Source: Isurus oxyrinchus
Taxonomy: Eukaryota
Assembly (NCBI GenBank): GCA_026770705.1
Contig: JANJGN010000131.1
Span: forward strand, 372,001 to 436,000
DNA length: 64,000 nt
Direction of reading: 5' to 3'
Shown here: positions 11,660 to 25,390 of the stretch, one piece after another
Position numbering within the stretch: the stretch's first letter is position 1
How the letters are laid out: every line of letters begins with the position of its first letter
Notes under the pieces: generated by a model
Database searches by the model: none
Told to the model about the DNA's origin: nothing
Seen by the model: the letters and a program-made list of their open reading frames with translations, nothing else
Made by a program: the position numbers and the translations under genes

Positions 11660-12810
11660 GGAACTTGACAGAACTTATTGCACAAGTTAAGAGCCCGTGG
11701 TATTGAGAGAAATGTAGTAGCATGGACTGAGGATTGGATAACAGAGAGGAGACAAAGAGTCTGGATTAATGGGTCCTTTTCAGAAGCGTTGGAAAGACGC
11801 AACAAATGGAGTGCCACAGTATCAGTCCTAGCACCTCAACTATTTATTAGCTATTGCAATGACTTGGAGGAGCGGACAGAGTGTGATGTATCCAAATTTG
11901 CTGATGCTACAGCAATAGGTGAGAAGACATGTTGTGAAAGGACATAAGGAATGTAAAAGGTGTTGTAGATAGGTTGAGTGAGTGAGCAAAAACACTTGGC
12001 AGATGGAGTTTAATGCTGGAAAGTGTGAGGTCATTCACTTTTGTAGGAAGAATCAAAAGACAGACTATTATTAAAATGGAGAGAGACTTCAAAAACGTGC
12101 AGGCTCTGATTGTTCCTGTGTACGAAGCACAAAACGTTAACATGCAAATGTAACAAGTAATTAAGAAGGCAAATGGCATTTTGGTCTGTGTTGCTAGGGG
12201 GTTACAGTTTAAAAAATAGAGAGGTCTTGTTACAAATATGCAGGATTCGGTGGGGCCCCACCTGGAGTGCTGTGAACGCTTTCGGCCCCTGTATTTAAGA
12301 ATTGATATATTGGCATCAGATGCAGTTCAAAGGGGATTCGTTAGGCTGATTCCTGGGATGATGGAGTTGACTTATCAGGAACGACTAAACACATTAGGAC
12401 TTTATTTATTAGCCCTTCGAAGAATGAGGAATGATCTTATTGAGACGAACAGAATCCTGAGGGGAGGGGTTGCTTGACAGGTAGATGTTGAGAAAATGTT
12501 CGCTTTAGTGGGGGAATCTCGAGCAAGGGGACATAGTTACATAATAAGGGGCCACACATACAAAATGAGTTGCGAAGGAATATCTTCTCTCTGAGAGTAT
12601 TGAATGTCTGGAATTCTCTACCCCAGAGAGTTGTGGAGGCTTGATCTCTGAAGGTATTTAAAGAAGAGATGGATAGATTTTTGAAATATCGTGAGTTGAG
12701 CTTCATGATGAGCTGTCAGTAAAGAGGATTTGAGGCCTGGTGCAGATCAGCCATGATGTTATTGAATGGCGGGGCAGGCTTGAGCGGCCTAATGGCTTAC
12801 TGCTGTTGCA
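11660..12810 (+). mobile_element. CR1-like LINE ORF2 3' part and tail, decayed
   Basis: LHKLRARGIE...WTEDWITERRQRVWING, SVLAPQLF..NDLEE..VSKFADAT, VGPHLECCERF and LRRMRNDLIET. Confidence 0.92.
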
Positions 12811-12829
12811 ATTTCTTATCATCACTTAG

Positions 12830-13255
12830 CTATTACCACCGCATCGACAAACAAACAGTCCCTGCACCACCGATGCAAAGAGGCAGCAGTTGTGAACAAC
12901 GTACAGGATGCATTTCAGGAACTCACCAAGGCTTCTTAGACATCATCTTACCAACCTACGATCTCTACTGCCTAGAAGATCAAGGGCAAGAAATAAATAA
13001 GGACACCATCGAATTCAAGTTCTCCTCCACGCCACACACCATCCAGACTTCGATCAGATCATCGCTCCTTCACTGTGGTGGAGGTTAAATCTTTGAACTT
13101 CCTCGGTAAATGCACTGTGCTGTATGTACACCACATGGACTGCAGTGGTTCAAGAACGCGGCTCACCATCACCTTCCGAAGGACAATTGGCGATTGGCAA
13201 TAAATGTTAGCCTAGCCAGTGAAGCCTAAATTCTGGACACAAAATTTGAAAAAAA
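12830..13255 (+). mobile_element. LINE/SINE 3'-tail element
   Basis: 'ccacatggactgcagtggttcaagaacgcggctcaccatcacc...ggcaataaatg' is shared with 26290-26580 and 44225-44845. Confidence 0.7.
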
Positions 13256-13399
13256 CCTAGGAAAATTTATTTAGTTTGCAGAGATCGAGTCCTTGTTTAT
13301 GAATGCATGTTGCCCCTGACAAGTTTTAATGAACCACGTGAACAACTTGACTGATTACCTTGAAGTTCTTGCTAGTGTGCCGCAATTAGCGCGCTCAAG

Positions 13400-13830
13400 G
13401 CTTCTCAATGACTGTGACCATTCGTGGAATCATTTCTAACTGTTGGAGTTTTGATTCGAGTTTTACAAGCGCGGGCTGCTTCAATTGGATCTTTGTTCTG
13501 TATATTACGTACCGGGTGGAGGGACATTTTGTTTGACTTGACCGACCAATCGCTGAGATCTCTGACTCACTTTGCTGGTGCTGGGATTCATACATTGCGT
13601 TACTCAATTGCCTGGTGCGTAGAAACTTGGCTTGTTCTATTATCTTCAACCAATTCGTGGACAATACCACTCGTGTCGCCATTGCATCGTGCCAACATTT
13701 TTTTTTTGTTGCTCCAATTTTGGGCTACCTGAGTCTTCCCGAATAATTTGAGATATACCCAGGTCTTTTCAGGCCCGAAAGGGAAAGCTGTGACCATTTA
13801 GCGAGTTTGCCTAAAGCACTGCGGACAAAG
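13400..13830 (-). mobile_element. Penelope-like element ORF remnant (linker plus GIY-YIG N-terminal part)
   Basis: Minus-strand peptides FGPEKTWVYLKL, ATRVVLSTN, QLSNAMYESQ and IGRSSQ resemble PLE 'VYL.LP...', 'SNVVYEF.C...YIGRTSQ'. Confidence 0.6.
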
Positions 13831-14117
13831 AGACTGCAGATTTATTTTTGTATACTTGCTTTTCAAATAATTTCATCCATTTCGATGAATTATTGTTTCT
13901 TATAATTGGTTAATTGAGATACAATAGTTTACATCTCAAATAAACTTTCTTCAAATATCTGGATTGGACAAATGAAACCAATATATTGGTTGAAGTAGAA
14001 TCTTAAACTGAAAGGAGATACGTATCCCCAGTGTAACCTAAAGCAGCACAATTGTATGTGTGATTTCCAAACCTCTCTGTGTTTCTCTGCATGTTTTTTC
14101 TCTCCATATCATTGGGA

Positions 14118-14480
14118 TGATGGTGGTGCCGTTGCACTGTCATAAAGCTAATAATCCAGGTGTGAAGGCTAACACCTTAGAGAGGGAGGATCAAATCAAA
14201 CCACGGCAGCAGATAGAGTTTAAACTCGTTGAATGAATCAGAAATTGTGAAACTAGCCCCAGCAATAGTGACCATGGAACTATCACAGTTTGTTGTAAAA
14301 ACTCATCTGGTTCACTTAACTAGCCTGGCCTACTTGTGACTCCAGTCCCACAACAATGTGGTTGACTCTTAACAGTCCTCTGAAATGGCCTAGTAAGCCA
14401 CTCAGGACAAAAGTCATTAGGGATGGGCAACAAATGATGGCCTGTTCAGTGACATCCATGACATGTGAAAGCATCAAGAA
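14118..14480 (+). mobile_element. tRNA-derived SINE
   Basis: A-box-like 'ggtggtgccgttg', B-box-like 'gatcaaatc', a core 'gaccatggaactatc...ttgtaaaaactcatctggttcac' shared with 26050-26275 and 51478-51760, and a tail 'gggatgggcaacaaatgatggcc'. Confidence 0.7.
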
Positions 14481-16594
14481 GAAATAAACAATTCAAATCC
14501 CTGATTTTAATAGCACAACCTGGTATAAGAAGCAATCAAAATTCACATGACATTTGCTAACTAGACAAAATTCAAATTGGCATATAATTATGAAAACACT
14601 TCCACATGGGAGTCTATGTGTAATATAACTACACTGGATGCCTGGTATTATTACTTTCAAAGATGGATCACAATTGCAACATTCAACTACTGAAATGATG
14701 TCCACTTTGAAAACGACTTCTCTATATGGATCATCCCAATTAAGAAGATGGCTACAACAGGTCAATAACTGAACTCGTGTGTTTTGCTTCGTATGCTTTC
14801 TGATGCCTGGCGGTTAAAAACTACATTGGCTCCAAAACTATAGGCGCAAATTTGAAAGATTGACGTTTTTATAATTACTAGCCATGGAATGCACAATGTA
14901 TTATTTTTACTGCAATGATATAGTTGTATTCAAGATTACAAAGCTTTTTTCTTCAAGGCCAGGAGATCTAATTGCTCTTCGCAAAACTCAAAGAGGTATC
15001 TGAACATTGTCTAAATTTAATTGTGATTTAGCCCGTTTCGAGTTTGAAGACAACTGTTCCGTTCTGTTGTGGCCAAATAGCGTGCCACATTTTACTATAC
15101 ATTTTGTCATTATGCCTTTGGGACAGTACATGAATAGAGCTGGTGATGGAAGAGTTTGGAACATTTTCTCAACGGTTTGATTCGGCGAGTCCGACAATGT
15201 CAGACTTTCCATTGGCTAGTTTGAGGGTCAGCTCTCATGTCCCAAGATGTGAATGAGGAGAGCTTTGCAGGATCGATTGGGCTGGCTTTCCCTTTGTAGC
15301 TTCCAGCAGCTGGGAAAATCACGAGTGTTCCTCACACTGTTACTTTTCTTTTTTTGTTTCATGGCGGCTTGCTCGACCATTTCAGACAATGGTTAACACT
15401 TAAATACATCTCCATGGGTCTGGAATCACATGTTCTCCAAGCAGGGGAACTAAAGCACAATCCTTGCACTAAGATGCATTAATGAAACAGAACGCAATTT
15501 TTTCCTTCTTGATAAGAATATACTTTCATGGTCATTATTCGTGATGTGTCATTTTTCTTTTTCTTTGCCTTCTTAATTTCAGTTGCATTTAGAGAACTTA
15601 ATTCAACTACTTTAGCCACTGCTGTGGGATCTTAAATTAATCAATAAAATGGATTTCGTGTTTTAGTCCATTAAAATAATTACTGTGTTACCATGCCCCT
15701 GGACCATTTTCTCCTAAAGATTCAAAGAGAATTGGTGTCAATCGAACATGTGAAAATGAGATAGAATGACTACTTTCAGGAAAACCATTGAAAGAGAATA
15801 AAACTAAAGTCGGTAGATGCAAGTTATATATAGATTACCCATGATCTAACTGAATTATAGGAAATATTAGAGCAGCTGGATGTATCCTGCTTTTCCTCTG
15901 AGTCAACATCTTCAGGAGAGGAACTCCAAGGCTGTTGGGTAAATGCAAAACTAAAAACCATCCAAAAGCAATTCTTTCAGGCGACAGCAAGAGGGGAACC
16001 CACGAATGGAGAACAGAAAGTAAAACAAAAAAAAGGAGCAATGTTTGCCAATACAGACAGTGGAATTTAATTTCAAAGGCCAGTGTTGCTGGAAGCACAA
16101 TAAAACAGGCACCCAACTGAGAGTGTTCTAATGCAATGACGATGCAAAGATCTGCAATCACTTACATAGAATTACAATTGAAGTTGCAGCATTTGCAATG
16201 GGGAGAGACCCTGCAACACTTCTGTCTGTGGAATAGATTTCAATGGATTACCCAACCTGGGCAGAGACAGGACGTACTCTACAGAAGCAAACCTTGGAAA
16301 TACCTGGACCATAGAAAGGGATTCGTTTGCCCACCCCAGCTGGAGATTTATTGAAATGTTTCCACAGGTAATAAATCGTTCACCTGCACCATCGGCGAGG
16401 AAGCATATTGCCAGTTGTCCCATTCTTTCAAATTCAAGTGCATTCACTCAGATAATAAAATGATTAAAACGATGTTTAGGCGAGAAGAGAGTCAGTCATT
16501 CGCTTCAATTGTTGATAGGTCAGCGAATTTAGAGATTTGATTCTGCTGTTTATAATCATGACAATCACTTCATGGAAAAATTAATAAGTAGTCA

Positions 16595-17985
16595 CAGAAT
16601 CAAAGGATCGTAGAGTGCAGAAGAGGCCCTTCGGCCCATCGAGTCTGCACTGACACGTGAGAAACACCTGACCTACCTAACTAATCCCATTGACCAGCAC
16701 TTGGCCCACAACCTTGAATGTTAGGACGTGCCAAGTATTCATCTAGACACTTTATAAAGGACGTGAGGCAACCCGCCTCCACCACTGTCCCAGGCAGCGC
16801 ATTCCAGACGGTCCCCAATACCTGGGTAAAAAAGGTTTTCCCTCACATCCCCACGAAACCTCCTGCCCCTCACCTTGAACTTGTGTTCCCTCGTGACTGA
16901 GCCTTTGACTAAGGGGAACAGCTGTGCCTATCCATCCCTTCAATACCCCTCACAAGCTTGTACACGTTGAACTGGCCGCTCCTCAGTCTTCTCTGTTTCG
17001 CCGAAAAAAACCCAACTCTATCCAACCATTCTTTATAACAGAAATGGTTCATCCCAGGCTGCATCCACGTGTACTTCCTCTACACCGCCTCTAGCACAAT
17101 CACATCCTTCCTATCATTTGGCGATCAAAACTGTACAGAGCGCTCCAGCTGTGGTCTCACCAAGGTTCTATACAACTCCAACATGACCCCTCTACTTTTG
17201 CAATCGTGCCTCGATTGAGAAAGGCAATTTCCAAAATGCCTTTTTCACCACCCCACTATCATGCCCCTCTGCCTTCAGAGACTTATGGACACGTGCACCA
17301 AGGTCCCTTTGTTCCTCAGATCTTCCTAGTGCCATGCCGTTCATTGAATACTTCCTTGTCAAATTACTCCTTCCAAAGTGTATAACCTCACGCTTTCCAG
17401 TGTTAAATTCCATCTGCCACTTATCTGCCCATTTGACCACCACGCCGATATCTTCCTCCAGCCCAAGCCTCTCAACCTCACTGTAAACCAACTGGCCAAT
17501 CTTTGTGTCATCCGCAACCTTACTATTCCTACTCCCCACATAGTCATCTATATCATTTATATAAATAACGAATAATAGGCAACCCAGCACAGATCTCTGT
17601 GGTACACCACAGGACTCGGGTTTTCAGTCACCAAAGCAACCTTCTATCATCACATTCTGTCTCCTACAACTAAGCCAATTTATAATCCACCTTTTCAAAT
17701 TACCATGTATCCCATGCGTATTTGTCTTATTTATAAGGCTGCCATATGGGACCTTGTCAAAGGCTTTTTCTGAAATCCGTATTAACTACATCAACTGCAC
17801 TACCATCATGTACACACCTGGTCACCTCCTCAAAAATTCAGTCAAATTTTTTAGGCATGACCTACCTCTGAAAAAACAATGCTGAATATCTCTTATCAAA
17901 CCTTCTCTCTCCAAATTAAGGTAGATTCTTTCCTTCAGAATTTTCTCCAATAGTTTCCGGACCACTGACGTGGGACTCACTCGTT
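16595..17985 (-). mobile_element. CR1-like LINE ORF2 3' part and tail, decayed
   Basis: LFVIYINDID..SKVADDTKIG..WADKWQMEFN, SVVRKLLEKILKERI and QHCFFRGRSCLKNL. Confidence 0.92.
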
Positions 17986-18009
17986 GTTTGGTAGAACAGA
18001 ATGTGAGAG

Positions 18010-18390
18010 TGCTGATCAAAGACACATGCTTTCGAAACTTTTCATCTTGGACTCCTCTGGACAATTCGCATGAGTAACAAAAAAATCAAAGGGAACAACA
18101 CTTAAAACGTCATGAGAAGAGAGTGATGATTGATGGGCGAGTGAAAATGGATTACTCGTGGCGTTGTAATAGAGAATGCGATAATGACCTGATGACTGGA
18201 AGTTAACTGTCAACCGTTGTTTACATTCAAATCAAGTATGTTGACTCTGATTGGTCAAGACATTTCATGAGGCCATAAGCCAGAGACAGACTCTCCCATC
18301 CTTTGTTCAGTTGAAATCGGCGTTACTCTTGCAAATTGTCCTGATAAGTGCAAGAGCATAAGCTTCTAAAACATGTGCATTTTTCTGCTA
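18010..18390. mobile_element. Penelope-type terminal repeat with inverted, decayed hammerhead-like ends
   Basis: Reverse complement of 18010-18070 'gcgaattgtccagaggagtccaagatgaaaagtttcgaaagcatgtgtc' versus 18330-18380 'gcaaattgtcctgataagtgcaagagcataagcttctaaaacatgtgc'. The interior matches 10800-11030 in reverse. Confidence 0.55.
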
Positions 18391-19348
18391 CTTAATCCTT
18401 TAGTCAAATCCCTTATAAAGTGCAGAGCAATCGGTTTGTTTCAATTAACATCGGAAGACATAACAAATGATAATATGTACACAGCATGAATGCCTTGGAT
18501 TGGATTTTCTGCTGAGAGCAATGCTGAGTCTTGAGACTTTCGGTGTGGGTGTAAGTCACGACACGGGAAATTCCAAATAACAGCAAGTGTGTAGCATTTA
18601 TCCACGATTGGGAAAGGGGGTCATTGCGAAGCGTAACCTACAATTCCATTCTAATTACTGTTTCTGTATCAGGATGGCAATAAACTTTTATAATGCATTG
18701 TGGATGGTGAAGATAATGTTTCCATTAAATTTGTTTTTTTTTGTTCTGGCCAGTTGCGATTTGTAATCATTTAAAAGGGGAGATTGTTGCCAGTGTGACT
18801 TGTACTGTATGATGACTCTGCGGATTTCGCCTCCATTGCCAAATGGAAGAGGCAAACAAAATGTTTCCTTTATCTGTGTCTGTAATACTCCAGTTCTCTC
18901 TTGCTATGTTTATGGGAAAAAGAGTTCAAGTGTGAAGCGGAGCCTGCTCAATATAGAACAATGGGTGGGGACAGTGTCCGTTTCCATTTCAGGGCGCCAT
19001 CTACCATCAAGTTCCAAAACATAGGAAGGAGAGACAGCGAGGTTCCTACATTTAATAGTGAAACTTTGTTGCCAAGTTATCCATTCTTGTCGGACACTTT
19101 GTCTCTTAAATGAACGTCGAGACACCCCGAGACCTTAGGGACAGTTGGGAATGTACCTGGCCCGCTCTGGAAAAGGGACAAAAAATAAAAACTAACTGGG
19201 AAAATGCAGAGTTAGTTACATAATTCTGAATTCACACCTCGGGCAGGAGGTAACTCTGTTTCTGCGGGTAGAAGCCATATGTAACATGTACAGCAACAGC
19301 AATGGGTGGGGTATAATGTAGAATTCATGTTCGATTTCACTGCTTTCA

Positions 19349-21717
19349 TCATTTAAAAAATTTAACAATCAGACTCAATGGATATTTCACACCATTCTTT
19401 AACTCCTCTCTGAATTTACTCTGGGTACCTGCCTAAATAATGGGGTTGATGCAGGAACTTAAAAGCTACAGCATAAGTCCGCATTCTTCCAGTATAACAT
19501 TTGATTGATTGAAATTCGAGCCATCGAAATAACTAACGCTGGCAATTCGTGCGTAGAGGAAAGTTATAAGAGCGAGAAAATATAACAGGATGAAACTTCC
19601 CGAGATGGCAAAGAGTAAAACGATGGACCTTCTCCTCTTCTCCATCTCTGGGTCGCTTTGTTTCTCGCTCTTGCTGTGGGCTCGCAGTCTTCTGCGGGCT
19701 CGACTGGCCACAACAATGTGCCTGACCGTCAGAACATTGAGCAGCAAAATAAGAACGAATGGGAGACAAGGGGTTAAAACGGCATTTATGCTGTCATATG
19801 CCACCCATCCGGGTGACAAATAATATATTGGCTTTAGTTTGCAGTACCAGGGTGTATTGTCCGTGATAACAGAATGTTCACAAGCAAAGTACAAGGGTAT
19901 TTTTTTAGCACAATGCACAACGCAGACAGTTCCTATGACCACAGCTGCCGATTTCTTGGTGCAATATTTGGTTTTCAGCTTCTGACAACAAATGGCTACA
20001 AATCGATGAAAGGTGAAAGCAACTGTCACCCAGACAGAAGAATCCCTGACGCCATATATGAACACAAGACTAAGAGCAAAGGCCGGAGTGATGGAGAGGA
20101 AACTGAATGGGAAATATGTACCTACAATCCGGTTTAACATCACAGCAAGGATCATGATCAGGAGATCCGTCACGGCCATGGACATCAGGTAGTATGTGAT
20201 ACATCCAGTGAGACCGCATCTTCCTCGAGACAGGATCACAATTACTGCCAAATTAGCTGTGACAGAGGAATATAACCAGTAGGTTTGCGGTGGGGACAAA
20301 TGAATATAGAACAGGAAATGTTGATAAACTCACAAATACAGCATTGGTCATGAAAAGAGAGCAATGTTCCCATTTCAGTCCTATGACTTATATGCTCCAG
20401 TGGAGAAAGAAAGACTCTTTCCAAAATGCAGCAAATTGTCAATACTGTGCTGATTTACAGGAAGAATGCAGGCTCGGCCCTATAGTGAATATTCAAATTG
20501 CTGCATTGTTACTCAGTTAAATGAAAAACGATCAAATATCCTCCTGCTTGCTGTTTAGAGAAGAACAGGCTAGGACATTGGAAACAGAAAGGTACGCAAT
20601 ATTAAATCGACCTAAGAATTTGACAGAAACTGAGTAGATGGCGTTGAATGGAATTAAATACAAAGTGTTACTTTTGTGGGCATAATCCAGCAAATGAGAA
20701 CAGCTAAAATGAAAAAAAAAACTCCTTTGGAAGGAAATAAAAGGTAACTAAAACTCCTGAGTTATGATGACGTGCAGTGAACACAACTGTCCTTCACAGC
20801 AGGGAGGAAATCCACACACATTTTAATGTCCAGTTGCTGTTAAATTGAAAGACGTCAAGCTTTAGAATCAAAATGGCCTGGATTCAAGCCCAACTTCAGC
20901 TCCCTGAGAATTCCTCTCCGCCCAGGGTGCCAGGTTTCCGCTAAGGCAAGAAACCCTGGGCCAGTCATTTAATATTCAGCACAGATTTATCAGATAAATA
21001 CTGTTCATATTCCAGCGAAATGTTAAAGGGAAAAGAATGAGATAATGCATAATACAAATACAATTCCTCTGTAATAATTCACCCACGGTGACAATGCCGT
21101 TGAAACAATAGAAAAACCTTTCCTCAGTGGTAACAGCGTTATACATTACGCTTTTTGAAAAATACCAAGAATAAAATAAAAGAACATCTAAAACCTCGAA
21201 CGGTGGCAGTTAACAGATGAAAGTGTCCAATTAAACTGACTAAATGTTACTAGCTCAGGGAAGATAGTGCATTGTCACTGCTGAATTATTATTCTTGCAT
21301 TGGGGAGAAACTATGTTCAAGGGAAGAAATGACACAGTCAAACTTGAGCGACTCGGCATGTGATGACGACTAATCATGTCAGTAAAAGAAAACAATTGTG
21401 TTGATAAAATGGAGAATTAAATTAAGCATTTCCCTTGAAGTGGAAAAAAGTCACATTGTCGAGGGTGATAAAGTGGGACGATGTCGCCGTAATGTTGATA
21501 GATTGTTCTGTTTAATGGGAGAACGAATATCGTACCATGTAGAAGCAAAGCTCCTAAATACGAACAATGATTCACTAAAATGAAAGCAAACCAAAGAGAA
21601 GTGATTAAACAATGATTTCAATAACATAGCAAACCAAAATACTTAACCTGGAATCCCGATCGCTGCAATGACGGGATAATATATGATGAAAATAAGACCT
21701 TTTGGCAATCCGTGCAT
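19349..21717 (-). pseudogene. GPR139-like GPCR pseudogene (locus 2): exon 1 21717-21648, exon 2 20256-19349
   Basis: The 70-nt exon 1 encodes MHGLPKGLIFIIYYPVIAAIGIP and ends at a GTTAAGT donor; the acceptor is CACAG. The 7TM frame has DRF changed to HRF, TAG at 19466-19468 (TM7 Gln) and a second TAG replacing the Tyr of NPIIY. Normal end is TGA 19349-19351. Confidence 0.92.
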
Positions 21718-21764
21718 TTCTGTCACCAGCTGCGAGTGTGTTCTGCACCACAACTAAAGACAGT

Positions 21765-21866
21765 CAGAGATATATCTCAAGCCAGCCTCCAGGGAGACAA
21801 TTAGACGCTTTGATCTTTTGCAATAATTACGCTAATTGAAACAAAGATGCTCGTGCTGCAGCTGAC
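21765..21866 (-). promoter_or_regulatory. Conserved promoter of locus 2: E-box, TAAT sites, HD plus O/E-like composite, TATA-like element
   Basis: Minus strand: CAGCTG 21864-21859, CTAATTG 21804-21798, TCCCTGGAG 21795-21787 (-78 from ATG) and GATATATC 21776-21769. Confidence 0.7.
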
Positions 21867-22784
21867 AGGAAATTATTTTTATTTTGACGGAGTAGAAGGC
21901 TCTTCAAGCTCACTGACATTGTTCTGGAGGAACATCCTCACAAAGTGCCCTTCTGTCTTCCACATTAACACAAACCTACATTGATGTTTCTTTATCATCT
22001 GTCCTTTACCACAACCGTTTCCCGCCGCTATAGTGAAAACAAGAACTCTTCCATTGCTACCTACTCCCCAACTTCGATGTAAAGTCATGGATCTGAACCT
22101 TTTACCGTTTTCTCTGCACAGATGCTGAACGGTCTATTGCGTATTTCCAGCATTTGCTGTCTCATTCTGTTCGCATTTGGTATGGAAATGTTCAACTCAT
22201 CACCTTTACTTAGCTTTCAAGTACTCAAATCTTCTTCACGGCTTCTTGCAGTGTGGATTATTCCATATCAGTTAAATTCATTGCAGACATGTCAAATCCA
22301 GTTGTAGTGATTGTGCATAGCTGTGTAGCTGTGAACGGCTACGTTTTACTTGGTCAGATGCAGTCAAGCGCTTATGCGTTAATTCTGCATAATTATAGAG
22401 AGTACGCTTAAACTCCGTAAACGGAGGTCCAGTTGAGCACGATTCTAGTTAATGTGGATCGTTCCAGTTCGGTATGGTTATGTGATGTGTCGAGGCTCCA
22501 TTTCTGCCACGTTACATTAATTCATGACGGATAAGGAAGGGTAAATGTGCACGTCCTTTTCCCGTAAATCGCTTTCCGTGGCGCCAGGCGAGATTATGCA
22601 CGGCTGCACTAAGTCTGCAAAGGCCCAGTTCAGTCATCTTGCAATGAATATGGACAGGCCCCATTTTAACTGCTATCTTCAATGCGCACATGTGAAGCAG
22701 TGTTATAAATCTTGTGCAGATAGTTAATTCCTCATGCTTTCTTCAGTGTGCGGAAAAAATTATCCACCGAAATATTGAAAATAG

Positions 22785-23713
22785 GAGTAGGATTACTCCT
22801 TCGAGCCCTTCGAGCTTGCTCCGCCATTCAGTTTGATAATGGCTGTTCCTCTATCTCAACGCCTTAGTCAGGCATTCTCCCCATACCCCTTGATGCATTC
22901 GAAGGCTAGAAGTCTATTTATTTACTTCTTAAATATATCCAGTGACTTGACCTCCACAGCTTTCTGTGCTAGAGAATTCCGCAGGTTCGCCACCTTCTGA
23001 TTGAAGACGTTTCTCGTCATTTCAGTCCTAAATGGTCTACCCCGTATCCTGAGTCTGTGACCCCTTGTTCTAGACGCCCGAGCCAGAGGAAATATCATCC
23101 CTGCACCAGCCTGTACATCCCTGTCAGAGTTTCATATGTTTCAATGCGATCGCCTCTCATTCTTCTGAGCTCCAATAAATAAAGGACTAGCCGGCCCAAT
23201 CTCTCCTCATAGACAATTCTACCAGCCCAGACATCAGCGTGGCGGACCTTTGCTGAACTCCCTCTACAGCAAATATATCCTTTCTTAGGTAAGGAGACCA
23301 GAACTGCACACTCTACTCCAGGTGTGATCTCACAATGACCATGCACAGCTGCAGTAAGACATCGTTGCTGCTGCTCTCAAATCCTATCGCAATAAAGGTC
23401 AACGTACCATTTACGTCCTTAACTGCTTGCTGCACCTGCATGCCTGGTTTCAGTGATTGCTGCGTAAGGGCATCTCGGTCCCTTTGCACATCAACATTTC
23501 CAAATGTATCACCAGTTAAATAATATTCTGCCAATCTGCTTTTCCTGCCATAGTAGATAACCTCACACTTATTTTCCCAATCACTCAACCTACGTAAGTC
23601 GCCTTGAAGCGTCTGAACACTTGCCTCATCGCTCACATCCTCACCAAGTTTCGTGTCATCAAAAATTGGAAATATTGCCTGTTGTTGCGTCATGCAAATC
23701 ATTGATATATCTA

Positions 23714-23764
<51 letters not shown>

Positions 23765-25390
23765 CATATATTTATATATATTGTAAATAGCTCGGGCCAA
23801 AGCACTGATCCCTGCTAGTCCACTCGTCACCGCCTGCCACGCCAAAGAAGACCCACTTATTCCTGCTTTCTTCCCTGTCTTTAATTTTGCACGCTAACCT
23901 TTTATGTGGGTCTTTGTCAAAGGCTTTCTGATATTCCAAATACATCACAGCCACTGGTTCTTTCTTATCTTTATTGCAGGTTACGTCCTTAAAAACTCCA
24001 GTAGGTTTGTTAAACATGAGTTCCCCTGATGGATACATGTTGACTTTGTCTCATCCCATTTATATTTTTAAAATGTCCTGTTATCACATACTGTACAATA
24101 GACTCTAGCATTTTCTCTACTATTGAGGTTCGGCTGACTGGTCTGTAATTCACTGTTTTCTCCCTCACTCTTTTTTAAAATAGCGGGGTTATATTTAACA
24201 CCTTGCATTCTGCCGGCACTGTTGCAGAATCTACATAATTTTGGAAGATGACAACCACTACACTCACTATTTACATGGCCACCTCCTTTAGTACCCCAAG
24301 ATGTATATTATCAGGCCTTGGGGATTGATTGTCTTTCAGTCCGATTAATTTCTCCAGCCCAATTGTGTTTGTAACATTAATTTCGTTGAATTCTTCCTTC
24401 TCAATAGACCCGACGTTCCTTCCTATTTCTGTGAAGCTATTTATGTCTCCCTAAGTGAAGACAGAGCTAAAGTAACTGTTCTATTATAAATTCTCCCGTT
24501 TCAGACTGTGAGGTTTTTTAATAAAAATATTTATAGATGCTTTTAATGACCACTTTTATGTTACTTGCAAGTTTACCCTCATCCAATATTTTCCCCCCTT
24601 ATTCGAACTCTTGGTCGTCCTTTGCTGAGTTCTAAACTGTTCCCAATCCTTAGGCTTGTTAATTTTTCTAGCAACTTCACAGGACTCCTCTTTGGATCTA
24701 AAGCTATCCTTAATTTATTTTGTTACCCATGGTGGGGCCGTTTTTCCTGTCCTGTTCTTTTGGGCCAGAAAATAAAGTATAACTTTTGAAATGTATGCAC
24801 ACTTTCGTTAATCATTGGACGTTGTCTACACACCATCTTTCCTTTTAATAAAGTACTCCAATCGATCTTAGCCAACTCAAATCTCCTACCTTTGTCGATT
24901 CCTTTGTTAGATTTAGCACCCTCGTTTCAGACCAGACTACTTCACTTCCCATTCTAATGAAGAATTCTATCATGTTGGTCACTGTTCCCCAAAGGACCCA
25001 ACACAACAAGATTATGATTTAAGTGCTTCTCATTTCACTATACCAAATCTAGGATAGCCTGATCCCCAGTCTGTTCCTCAACATACGAGTCTGAAAAAAA
25101 AAACATTTCGTACTCACGACAGGAATCCATTCGCCATTGTAATTGCTAATTTGGTTTGGACACTCTATATGTAGCTAAAAGTCATCCATGATTTCTGGAA
25201 CACCATTGTTACATGCACATCCAAATTCCTATTTTATGCCGTCCCCTATGTCGACACTGCTGTCTGGAGGTCTACAGATAAGTGATCTTTTCCACTCATT
25301 GTTGCTTCTTAGCTCCACCCAGGTTGCATCTACATCTAGATTTTCTAAGCCAATATCCCTCTCTCACTCTCGCACTGATTTCATCGACAT
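22785..25390 (-). mobile_element. CR1-like LINE ORF2 (long, decayed), interrupted by a (TA)n microsatellite
   Basis: YLEYQKAFDKDPHKRL, FDDTKLG, LQGDLRRLSDW and LELRRMRGDRIET; endonuclease-side remnants towards 25000-25390. Confidence 0.88.
23705..23780. repeat. (TA)n microsatellite
   Basis: Visible TA dinucleotide run inside the CR1 RT region. Confidence 0.95.

Noticed and set aside
14500-15210. Weak Gypsy-integrase-like peptides (WMPGIITFKDG; NQTVEKMFQTL); similar hints at 40330-40600 and 50850-51400
   Set aside because: The matches are short, on inconsistent strands and lack catalytic motifs or LTRs; they cannot be supported without a profile search.
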